IMG/VR virus record: IMGVR_UViG_3300037991_001660
Coordinates: 1 to 35,432 of that record
Length of the DNA stretch: 35,432 nucleotides
Source of the DNA: a virus
Taxonomy: Duplodnaviria > Caudoviricetes
Reading direction: 5' to 3' (one strand)
The position numbers were made by a program, and so were the translations under genes. The notes below the pieces were generated by a model that ran no database searches, was not told the DNA's origin, and saw only the letters and a list, made by a program, of their open reading frames with translations. Below are positions 19,379 through 26,320 of the stretch, piece by piece. Each line of letters opens with the position of its first letter. Position 1 is the first letter of the stretch.

Positions 19379-20893
19379 TCAACGCACAAATTGAAAAGCT
19401 CTCTTTTTCTTAGGTCTTCCAAATAGATCAAAACTTCTCTTTGCAACAACAGGGCGCAAAGGTTTTTGGTTATTCATCAAAGCCCTACCTTCACCAGCAC
19501 CAAGGAAAAGGTATTGAGCAGCATCGTGAACGTGAGAAAACATATTTTTATCTGGTTTATCTGCGTATCTTTCACCAGATACCTCCATTCTTTTATAAGC
19601 ATATCCACCTTCAAAACCCTTAATAAGTTGAGGGCAACGTCTGTCAATAAGTAGTGCTGGCTTACCTTCGACCATCTTCGTCAACTGGGAGGAAACTGAT
19701 TCTAGTCTTAGGTCAACAGAGTTGGAGGGAGCAGGGAATGCCCTCAAGCCAGCACCGCGCAAAATATGAAAGGGAGTCGATTCATCTGTTTGCGCTCTAA
19801 AGTCTCCAGCAGGGTCTCCGTAAATTATAACCTCGGAAGCTGCGGAGAATCTTGTTGCGAGTTCTTGTCTTAATACTTCTGCAAAACGGACAATCCCCAT
19901 GTCCACCGCAACAATTTCTGACTGAACAAACCAACGCCCTCTTACTTTCTGAGCAAGAACTGCGGCTGGCGTAAGACCAAAGTCTATACCAACATACACA
20001 GGAACATTAGCAGCAACAGGTATTTCCTCTTTAGCTATGTGTACTTCACTAGCAAACATTGGATATACTGGTTTTCCATCCTGAATATGACCCAAGCGGT
20101 TCATAACATACACATCAATCCAGCTTTTAGTCTTACCTCGAATAAGGTTTGAATAATAATTAGCTAAGATGTTTTTTTGGTTTTCCGCTTTGGGGTTTTC
20201 TTTGTAGTCTTGGATTTCACCTTCTTCGTCTTTGGTTTCGAGCATCCCAGAAGGCTGGGTAAAGAAATTCCAATTGTCTGGCTTGACCAGCATCTTAGCT
20301 TGCTCACGAGGAATATGATCTGGGATTGGAACTTCACCAGCCATAATGGGCCACCAATGATCTTCTTCAGGCGCGTTGGTATCGGCAATAACGCCAGACC
20401 AACTAGGGCCACCATCACGCATAGAAGGATAACGGCCAACACGCATCGTACAGGCATCAATAATAGACTTAGGAATCTCTCTCGCTTCGTTGATCCAGAT
20501 ACCCGTAAGTTCGAGCGAAAGAAGTTTTTTAACGTCTTCAGGACGGTCAAGAGCCAAGAATATAACTTCAAGATCTATCTCCCCTTTTTTAATATGATGG
20601 GTATAAGGAACAGACCAATGAAATCTACCCCAATCAGATTCAGGAAACCAGTCAAGCCAAGTCTTAATAGTCGTAGTTCTTAGCTGTGGATTAGTGTTTC
20701 GAATGATAGCCCATCTACTTTTACGCAGTCCGTCTGCACCTTTTTTCTGTTCGAGGGCGCGTCTAAATACTTCAACGCAACAGCTAACAGACTTACCAGA
20801 TCCAACAGGGCCACGAATGCCACGAAAAAAAGTGCTGTCTTTCATAAAAGATTTCAGCACCTCTCCATCAGGTTTATATTTAAAGTTAATCAT
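19379..20893 (-). CDS. terL: Terminase large subunit
   Basis: Walker A GPVGSGKS, Walker B WINEARE, DTNAP, nuclease GIDFG and HVHDA. Confidence 0.95.
   Translation of the reverse strand: MINFKYKPDGEVLKSFMKDSTFFRGIRGPVGSGKSVSCCVEVFRRALEQKKGADGLRKSRWAIIRNTNPQLRTTTIKTWLDWFPESDWGRFHWSVPYTHHIKKGEIDLEVIFLALDRPEDVKKLLSLELTGIWINEAREIPKSIIDACTMRVGRYPSMRDGGPSWSGVIADTNAPEEDHWWPIMAGEVPIPDHIPREQAKMLVKPDNWNFFTQPSGMLETKDEEGEIQDYKENPKAENQKNILANYYSNLIRGKTKSWIDVYVMNRLGHIQDGKPVYPMFASEVHIAKEEIPVAANVPVYVGIDFGLTPAAVLAQKVRGRWFVQSEIVAVDMGIVRFAEVLRQELATRFSAASEVIIYGDPAGDFRAQTDESTPFHILRGAGLRAFPAPSNSVDLRLESVSSQLTKMVEGKPALLIDRRCPQLIKGFEGGYAYKRMEVSGERYADKPDKNMFSHVHDAAQYLFLGAGEGRALMNNQKPLRPVVAKRSFDLFGRPKKKRAFQFVR
19380..19390 (-). 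promoter_or_regulatory. Late promoter motif TTTGTGCGTTG (portal operon)
   Basis: Exact 11-mer at the terL stop, 47 nt upstream of ATG 19333. Confidence 0.7.
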
Positions 20894-21282
20894 TAGTTTT
20901 TTCTAAAAAGAGTTTTCTTTGCATATTCTTGCGGCATTTTTAAACCACCACCTCCACCGCCTCTTCCAGATATATTTCTAAATTTTATTTTACTTGATCT
21001 TGCTTTAGAAGCTGTTTCTGCTTTTTTAAATGCGTCAGTGTTAACAATATTATTTAATGCTTTTAAATTTTTTTGATTATCAGAAAAATTTTGTTTAGTT
21101 AATTTATTCATATAAGAAAAAGAAACGCCTTTGCTTTTTGCATAGTCACCCATTTTCTGTACAGAATTTAACCTTTCTTGCCTTAATGCTTGTTCTTTTT
21201 TTATTTGAGCTATTTGAGTTCTTATTTGCCTAGCGTCAAAAGACTCAGAAGAGTTAACATATTTTACATTAAATTTAGTCAT
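20893..21282 (-). CDS. Basic hypothetical protein, AT-rich
   Basis: 129 aa Lys-rich ORF with poly-Gly near the C-terminus; stop overlaps the terL start. Confidence 0.7.
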   Translation of the reverse strand: MTKFNVKYVNSSESFDARQIRTQIAQIKKEQALRQERLNSVQKMGDYAKSKGVSFSYMNKLTKQNFSDNQKNLKALNNIVNTDAFKKAETASKARSSKIKFRNISGRGGGGGGLKMPQEYAKKTLFRKN

Positions 21283-21288
21283 TATTAT

Positions 21289-21642
21289 TCAACGACCTCT
21301 ATGAACTTTAAGTTGTTCCATTTTTTTCAAATGATCTTGGAGTTTTGCTCTTTTTTTACCAAGGGCTGATGCAAGTGGCTTACCTCTAAGCATTCTAATT
21401 ACTCTTCTTGCCATTACTTTTGCATCATTAAAATTACTCCAAGACTCTGGGATTCTTTTAAGATTTTGCTCTCTAGTTAAATTTTTATCTTTCCAATTTC
21501 TTTTACTTAAATCTTCTCTATATGGGTTTGTGCCAGCAGCCATTTCACCTGTTGTTAATTCCATATTAGATATATCATTATTTAATTTTCTAATAAGTGT
21601 TTTCATTTTTGACTTATGTCTTTGGCTGGGTGCATCTGTCAT
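21289..21642 (-). CDS. Basic hypothetical protein, AT-rich
   Basis: 117 aa, tightly packed in the operon. Confidence 0.7.
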   Translation of the reverse strand: MTDAPSQRHKSKMKTLIRKLNNDISNMELTTGEMAAGTNPYREDLSKRNWKDKNLTREQNLKRIPESWSNFNDAKVMARRVIRMLRGKPLASALGKKRAKLQDHLKKMEQLKVHRGR

Positions 21643-21851
21643 TATCTTAATCCTTTATCAACTCCAAACTTTATCATAGTCTCTGCAACATCAGGGCCGA
21701 TGTTATCTATAACATTATCAAGCATTTTATTAGTAACAAAAGACTTCCCATGCTTTTCATCGAAGTGTTGAAAGTGTACCTTCTTAACTATTCTTCGAAG
21801 CATAGTAAGCTCTTCAGGTTTGAGCATATCTACAAAGCTCACTGTTCCCAA
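21642..21851 (-). CDS. Hypothetical protein
   Basis: 69 aa, TAATG-coupled to the next gene. Confidence 0.7.
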   Translation of the reverse strand: MGTVSFVDMLKPEELTMLRRIVKKVHFQHFDEKHGKSFVTNKMLDNVIDNIGPDVAETMIKFGVDKGLR

Positions 21852-22066
21852 GCCTCATTAACGTCTGGCGTAGAAGGGTCATCAGCTTTTAGTCTGCCTT
21901 TGTTATCTCTAGCACGTTTCTTTTTAGCTGGTTTTTTAGGAACTTCGTTAGTCCACTCTAATCTTTTTGATTCAGAGGTTCTTGTTGAACCTGTCCATGT
22001 TTCACCGCCAAGTTGATGAGTTCCCCCATCCCATAACTCCCCAGTGTTAGAAATCTTCCATCCCAT
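21839..22066 (-). CDS. Hypothetical protein with RARD.KGR..ADDP.TPDVNEAW tail
   Basis: RBS AGGAG; C-terminal motif recalled from marine phage small proteins. Confidence 0.75.
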   Translation of the reverse strand: MGWKISNTGELWDGGTHQLGGETWTGSTRTSESKRLEWTNEVPKKPAKKKRARDNKGRLKADDPSTPDVNEAWEQ

Positions 22067-22068
22067 GA

Positions 22069-22305
22069 TTAACTCCTATATTGTTTTACTTTCCTAGCAA
22101 TCGCTTTCGGTTGAGCCACAAACTGCTTACCCTTAGCCTTACCCTTTCGTTTAGCTCTGGTTGTAGCTGCATATTCAGCAGAACTAAGAGCAGCAATAGC
22201 CTTGCTAGGTAAGTACCGTTCACCTGTCTCACTAGACTTCTTCCCTGACTTAGTGCGCCACTTTTGCTTTCCCCAGTTAAGCAATGATTTTTGTGACTTC
22301 TTCAC
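22069..22305 (-). CDS. DUF5872-like basic protein (C-terminal half)
   Basis: QKSL..W.KQKWRTKSG...GERYLP.KAI..LS..EYAATTRAKR. Confidence 0.7.
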   Translation of the reverse strand: MKKSQKSLLNWGKQKWRTKSGKKSSETGERYLPSKAIAALSSAEYAATTRAKRKGKAKGKQFVAQPKAIARKVKQYRS

Positions 22306-22466
22306 TTTACTTCAAGAGCCTTTTTTAATTTATCAAGCATTTTTCTAGTCTGTCTTAAATTACTATCAGCAATGATTTTATCATCCATTTGCCTAATTCT
22401 TTCTACAGCCTCAAGAAATTCTGATTTTGTCATTTTAGGTATTGGTTTTTTTTTAAATAGAGACAT
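22302..22466 (-). CDS. 54-aa hypothetical protein (not in ORF track)
   Basis: MSLFKKKPIPKMTKSEFLEAVERIRQMDDK...EVK; TAATG and GTGA overlaps with both neighbours. Confidence 0.65.
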   Translation of the reverse strand: MSLFKKKPIPKMTKSEFLEAVERIRQMDDKIIADSNLRQTRKMLDKLKKALEVK

Positions 22467-22633
22467 TATTTATATCCTCCTCCACGCTTTTTATATTCCT
22501 TGGCAAGAAGCTGCGCCTTTCGAGCAGACCACTGACCAGCAGCCGTTCCATGTGTAGCCCTTGCTTTTATTCTGCGAAACAAAGACTTTCTCATATTAGG
22601 TTTGGTATAGTTGCCAGCTTCATTTACAGCCAT
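22466..22633 (-). CDS. 55-aa basic protein, DUF5872-associated N-terminal half (not in ORF track)
   Basis: MAVNEAGNYTKPNMRKSLFRRIKARATHGTAAGQWSARKAQLLAKEYKKRGGGYK. Confidence 0.75.
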   Translation of the reverse strand: MAVNEAGNYTKPNMRKSLFRRIKARATHGTAAGQWSARKAQLLAKEYKKRGGGYK

Positions 22634-22635
22634 AA

Positions 22636-22770
22636 TTATTTGTCTTTCATTTTAGCCTTGAGGATCTTACGCTTTAATGCTGGCGGTAATGTTTTCTGCT
22701 TGCCTTTTAGCATTGTTTTCTTTTTAGGTCTGCCGACCTGACTTCCATAAGTACCTTTACCGTAGGGCAT
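22636..22770 (-). CDS. 44-aa very basic protein (not in ORF track)
   Basis: AGGAGG RBS; MPYGKGTYGSQVGRPKKKTMLKGKQKTLPPALKRKILKAKMKDK. Confidence 0.75.
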   Translation of the reverse strand: MPYGKGTYGSQVGRPKKKTMLKGKQKTLPPALKRKILKAKMKDK

Positions 22771-22779
22771 ATAAACCTC

Positions 22780-22977
22780 CTAATAGTTTACTTTGAGCAA
22801 TGAACGAACAGGCATACCCGATGTACGCATTTCTGGGAGCGGAACATCTGTCATCATTTTGTTTTTCTGAATAGGGTCGCCTATGCTAAGAGAAGGAAGT
22901 GGGCCATAATCAGGCTTCATCTCTTCATAAATTTCTTGAGCGGGCTTTACTTTTTTCTTACCACCACCAAAACACAT
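22780..22977 (-). CDS. 65-aa protein with MCFGGG N-terminus
   Basis: ATG at 22977 directly after the upstream stop. Confidence 0.7.
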   Translation of the reverse strand: MCFGGGKKKVKPAQEIYEEMKPDYGPLPSLSIGDPIQKNKMMTDVPLPEMRTSGMPVRSLLKVNY

Positions 22978-22978
22978 A

Positions 22979-23272
22979 TCACTTCTTCTTTCTATGTCTC
23001 TTTGCAAAGTTTCTAGCAGACTCAACACTTCTAAATCCCCAAGCCCTTAATGCTAAAGCCTTGCGCGTTGGTCTACCCTTCTTATCTTTCATTGGGCCTT
23101 TCATTCCAGCAAACCGAGCAGCAAATGAAACCTTGCGACCCATTCTCTTTGAACCAGCCTTAGGTTTATTCTTTACTGGTGGTTTTAAATTAGCCCCCTC
23201 CTTGCGCTTAAAGTAAGCACGACCAGCAGCATTCAAACCACCCTTAGGATTCTGATACTTCTTCGCTGGCAT
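22979..23272 (-). CDS. DUF6321-like basic protein
   Basis: NPKGGLNAAGRAY...NLKPP...SFAARF.GM...ALRAW; likely ATG at 23272. Confidence 0.65.
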   Translation of the reverse strand: MPAKKYQNPKGGLNAAGRAYFKRKEGANLKPPVKNKPKAGSKRMGRKVSFAARFAGMKGPMKDKKGRPTRKALALRAWGFRSVESARNFAKRHRKKK

Positions 23273-23357
23273 AGCCCTCACTCTTCAATGCAGCTTTCAC
23301 CAAAGACATATCATCCTTCGGTGGGTACTTCTCAGGTTTCTTTTTAAAACGTGCCAT
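23244..23357 (-). CDS. 37-aa hypothetical protein (not in ORF track)
   Basis: MARFKKKPEKYPPKDDMSLVKAALKSEGYASEEVSES; first ORF after the late-promoter motif at 23391. Confidence 0.5.
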   Translation of the reverse strand: MARFKKKPEKYPPKDDMSLVKAALKSEGYASEEVSES

Positions 23358-23390
23358 GATCAAACCCTATAACAATAAAAATATTTATGA

Positions 23391-23401
23391 CAACGCACAA
23401 A
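23391..23401 (-). promoter_or_regulatory. Late promoter motif TTTGTGCGTTG (small-ORF/terL operon)
   Basis: Exact 11-mer, intergenic, 34 nt upstream of ATG 23357. Confidence 0.7.
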
Positions 23402-23501
23402 TTACCTTTTTTAGAAATAATGTGAGGGGAAGAGTTTCTCTGTAATAGCTACAGCAACTTTTCCCCCACCCCCTTGTAGCTACTAGCGCATGAGGAAGAG
23501 T

Positions 23502-23879
23502 TTATCCTAGATCAATCGTAACACGAATATCTCCAGCTACTTGCACTTGGCTTCGATCGATAGGCTTGTAGCCAGCCCTGTCTAGCAGATCTTTCGCTGC
23601 TTCAAGCTGGACATATTCGCTCTTGGCTCCCGTGGCTAGCCGCTTAACCGTACCAGCAGCAAGTGTAGCAGCTACTCCAAACTCTTCGTTCATGCGCTGC
23701 ATCAAGTAGCTTTGCACATGAGCAAGCTTCAACGTCTTAGTTGCTGTAACTCTTCCAGACTCGCCAGAGGCATACCCAGCGGCTTCAGCAGCCTGCCCGA
23801 TACTACAGCCTTTTGCTACTAACGTGTCTACTAAGGCAGTCTGCTTTGCAGTCAGTTTCTTAGCTACGGTAATGTTCAT
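23502..23879 (-). CDS. terS: Terminase small subunit
   Basis: HTH LTAKQ...AAEAAGYA...L...HVQ.Y; V.LEAAKDLLDRAGYK; C-terminal beta strand. Confidence 0.8.
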   Translation of the reverse strand: MNITVAKKLTAKQTALVDTLVAKGCSIGQAAEAAGYASGESGRVTATKTLKLAHVQSYLMQRMNEEFGVAATLAAGTVKRLATGAKSEYVQLEAAKDLLDRAGYKPIDRSQVQVAGDIRVTIDLG

Positions 23880-24023
23880 TACTCATTCCTTTTCTATGGA
23901 TGTAATAGATTACTAGCTAACTACTGCGATTGGAGTCAAGATCATCATCACCTTAGCAATGAGGAATGAGTAAACTTTGTTATCGGCTTGGAAGCCCCCC
24001 CTATCATCCCCCCCATCTACGGA

Positions 24024-24360
24024 CTGACTGCAAGTCCTGTCAATCTGTTACGTCACGTCACTTGTGTCTGCATACTACGGTGAATACTACATGTTGTGGT
24101 TTGCCAAGCTACGGAAGTATTGACAGGATAGTCAGCGAGTTCATCGAGCGCACATTGATGTTTGCTCAACTTAGCATTTGGCTCGTACCCATGTTGAACT
24201 AGCAGCTCGGATTGCACCCTTCGACCACTGATCCAAATCATAGGAGGAAAAAGTTCGCAACCCGCTAAAGGGGTGTGCGAACTTCAAGCGGCAAGTGCCG
24301 TTTCCTCTCTATGATATTGGGTGGTACGAAGGGTTGATCCTTCGCAGCTTAGTTAAACAT
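24024..24360 (+). ncRNA. Candidate structured RNA or ssDNA element (three consecutive stem domains)
   Basis: Hand-identified inverted repeats: TCCTGTCAAT/ATTGACAGGA, ACCCTTCG/CGAAGGGT, ATCATAG/CTATGAT, GAGGAAA/TTTCCTC, AAGTTCGCA/TGCGAACTT; wobble pairs are G-U on the + strand. Confidence 0.6.
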
Positions 24361-24371
24361 AGGAGAACCAA

Positions 24372-24839
24372 ATGGCTAAAGTTGAAAACATAAATGTAAC
24401 GCTAGATAAACTAGCTAACTATACTGTAACTACACATAATGATGTAACTGGACAAGTTGCTAACGACTACTTCATCACTGACGTAGCCAGAACATTAGTA
24501 AATGTTCCGATCTACGCAGCTCGAAACAAAAGATCTTACATCGATAAACTACACGCTGAGATGATGGCTTATGTAACTTGTGATAGTGATGGAACAGTTC
24601 TCGAGAACCAGAGCAAAGAGTACTTTAACGCTAAAGATAAGTACGAACGCTTAGCTCCTCGTATCGAGCTTGAAGCTATCGCTTTCGATCACGTTGCTGA
24701 TCAATACAAAGCTTGGTACAAAGACTATACTGGTCAGGACTATGATGAACCCAAGACACCAAGTACAACTCGAAAGCTTAGCAAGCAAGAACAAGCTGCT
24801 ATGAAAGCTATCGAAGCAAGACGAGTAGCTGCCGCATAG
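24372..24839 (+). CDS. Unknown first early protein (155 aa)
   Basis: RBS AGGAGA; biased codons (6/7 Ile ATC, 7/11 Tyr TAC); followed by a terminator. Confidence 0.85.
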   Translation: MAKVENINVTLDKLANYTVTTHNDVTGQVANDYFITDVARTLVNVPIYAARNKRSYIDKLHAEMMAYVTCDSDGTVLENQSKEYFNAKDKYERLAPRIELEAIAFDHVADQYKAWYKDYTGQDYDEPKTPSTTRKLSKQEQAAMKAIEARRVAAA

Positions 24840-24847
24840 TGGCTACT

Positions 24848-24876
24848 TACACCTAAGCAAGTGTATAAACTGCTTA
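24848..24876 (+). other. H-type pseudoknot
   Basis: Stem 1 TACAC(24848-52)/GTGTA(24861-65); stem 2 TAAGCA(24854-59)/TGCTTA(24871-76). Confidence 0.6.
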
Positions 24877-24903
24877 CTAACATATCAACTAAGGAGAACG
24901 CTG

Positions 24904-24928
24904 GGGGTGGCCTTGTGCCGCCCCTTTT
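24904..24928 (+). terminator. Intrinsic terminator
   Basis: GGGGTGGC-CTTGT-GCCGCCCC-TTTT. Confidence 0.75.
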
Positions 24929-24996
24929 GCGCGGTAGCTACGAGGGTGGGCAGGGATATGTTATGCGACATTGCCCAGACTTTGTAAATTTAATGC

Positions 24997-25041
24997 TTGC
25001 AAAGTTTTTTAATTTAAAATAGTATTGCATATACGCAATAC
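24997..25041 (+). promoter_or_regulatory. Sigma70-like promoter with overlapping palindromic operator
   Basis: TTGCAA-17bp-TAGTAT; GTATTGCATATACGCAATAC at 25022-25041. Confidence 0.65.
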
Positions 25042-25060
25042 ATAAACACGGAGAACTATT

Positions 25061-25270
25061 ATGAAAATTAGAACTACTATTAACTCTGACAGTATACCAG
25101 TGACAATGACATTGCCTGTTAGAGATCTCATCGACCTGTCAAACTTTTTTCAAGATCAAGAAATCAAAAACAGATTAGAAAAAACTGAACACTATTTTGT
25201 TAGAGAGTTTGCAAAGCAGCTACAAGTAGAAGCCTTAAAAATAAATGAAATGGTAAGAGGTGTGCAATGA
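25061..25270 (+). CDS. Hypothetical protein
   Basis: RBS GGAGA; ATGA overlap with the next gene. Confidence 0.75.
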   Translation: MKIRTTINSDSIPVTMTLPVRDLIDLSNFFQDQEIKNRLEKTEHYFVREFAKQLQVEALKINEMVRGVQ

Positions 25271-26127
25271 ACATGATGTCAACAATAAATCCTAATAAGG
25301 TCTGGAACTTTCCAGTTGAAATGATGCCAACACCTAATGCAGTCACTGGCAATCCAGAGCCTGACGCATTTCAGGTTGTTCGAACAGATACCAATACTGT
25401 GCTTGGTCATCATGGCTCACGCTACAAACTTGTACCTCATGACGATGTAGTAAACTCAATCATGGATGCAGTAAAAGAATCAAAGATTACTACTGACTAC
25501 AAAGAACCAACTATTAGTGTCTTTGAGAATGGTCGTAAAATGCGTGGTGAAATATTGTTTCCTGATCTTACAATTGAACCACAAGTTGGTGATATTGTTC
25601 AAGCTAGAATAGTATTTACTAACAGCTACGATCAAAGCTGGAGTTTCTATCAGTCATTCGATGCACTGCGTTTGTGGTGTCTCAATGGTTGCACAACACC
25701 TAATGCTGTAGCTCGTAGTAGATACAAGCACACAACATTTCTTAATGTTGATGGCTCTGCTGCAAAGATACAGAAAGGTGCTGAGCATTTCCATACACGC
25801 AAAGATGAATGGCAAGTATGGATGAAGCGCGAAATATCAGATGATTGGGTTGAGTTATTTTTCAAGAAAACAGTAGCTAAAGGTTTTACTAGACAGTCTG
25901 TTGATACTGTAAACAACAAGCAGATGGAAAACCTATTGCGTATCTGGGACAATGAAAAGAAACAACTCGGCAATAATCAATGGGCGTTATACAATTGCCT
26001 TACTTACTGGGCAACGCATACGCAAGATGCTCGGACACCTCATGTCCAACGCCATAATCGTGAGCAAGAGATTGCTAAAGCAATGACATCAAATCATTGG
26101 AAATCTTTAGTTACTAATTCTGTCTGA
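25267..26127 (+). CDS. DUF932/DUF945-like phage/plasmid protein
   Basis: VRTDT..VLG.HGSRYKLV.H, NSYD.S, RLWCLNG, W.LYN.LT.WATH motifs. Confidence 0.8.
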   Translation: MNMMSTINPNKVWNFPVEMMPTPNAVTGNPEPDAFQVVRTDTNTVLGHHGSRYKLVPHDDVVNSIMDAVKESKITTDYKEPTISVFENGRKMRGEILFPDLTIEPQVGDIVQARIVFTNSYDQSWSFYQSFDALRLWCLNGCTTPNAVARSRYKHTTFLNVDGSAAKIQKGAEHFHTRKDEWQVWMKREISDDWVELFFKKTVAKGFTRQSVDTVNNKQMENLLRIWDNEKKQLGNNQWALYNCLTYWATHTQDARTPHVQRHNREQEIAKAMTSNHWKSLVTNSV

Positions 26128-26320
26128 TTGTGATGCAGTCTCCAAACAGACAGACATTCCAACAAGGGTGTACCTTTCCCCCTAATTGGCATGATCAGAG
26201 AGCGTGTGTTGGGAACTCTCACCGAGGGATTATTTAAACTGATCAATTAAATAATTTTGCTAACCAACAAGGGGCGGTTGGTTCGGGAACAGCCCCACTA
26301 AAATAATAATGGAGAACTAA

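Noticed and set aside
20164-20571. 135-aa alternative-frame ORF inside terL
   Set aside because: Same-strand off-frame ORF with no RBS or motif; terL is intact, with no intron or intein evident
20771-20780. Near-match (CAACGCAAC) to the late promoter motif inside terL
   Set aside because: Only the first 7 nt match and it lies mid-gene with no downstream start
22446-22454. A9 run as a frameshift or sequencing error
   Set aside because: Reads in frame as Lys-Lys-Lys in a 54-aa ORF coupled to both neighbours
30-23216. Many plus-strand ORFs of 60-170 aa inside the structural region (also antisense ORFs in 25650-29473 and 32087-34053)
   Set aside because: Antisense shadows of well-supported genes; no RBS or recognisable motifs
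23966-24241. ORFs 23966..24202 (+) and 24053..24241 (-)
   Set aside because: No recognisable domain and they overlap the extensively paired element; non-coding structure explains the region better, though translation is not excluded
24848-24876. preQ1-I riboswitch call for the pseudoknot
   Set aside because: Similar size, but it lacks the characteristic stem/loop consensus and there is no queuosine-related downstream gene
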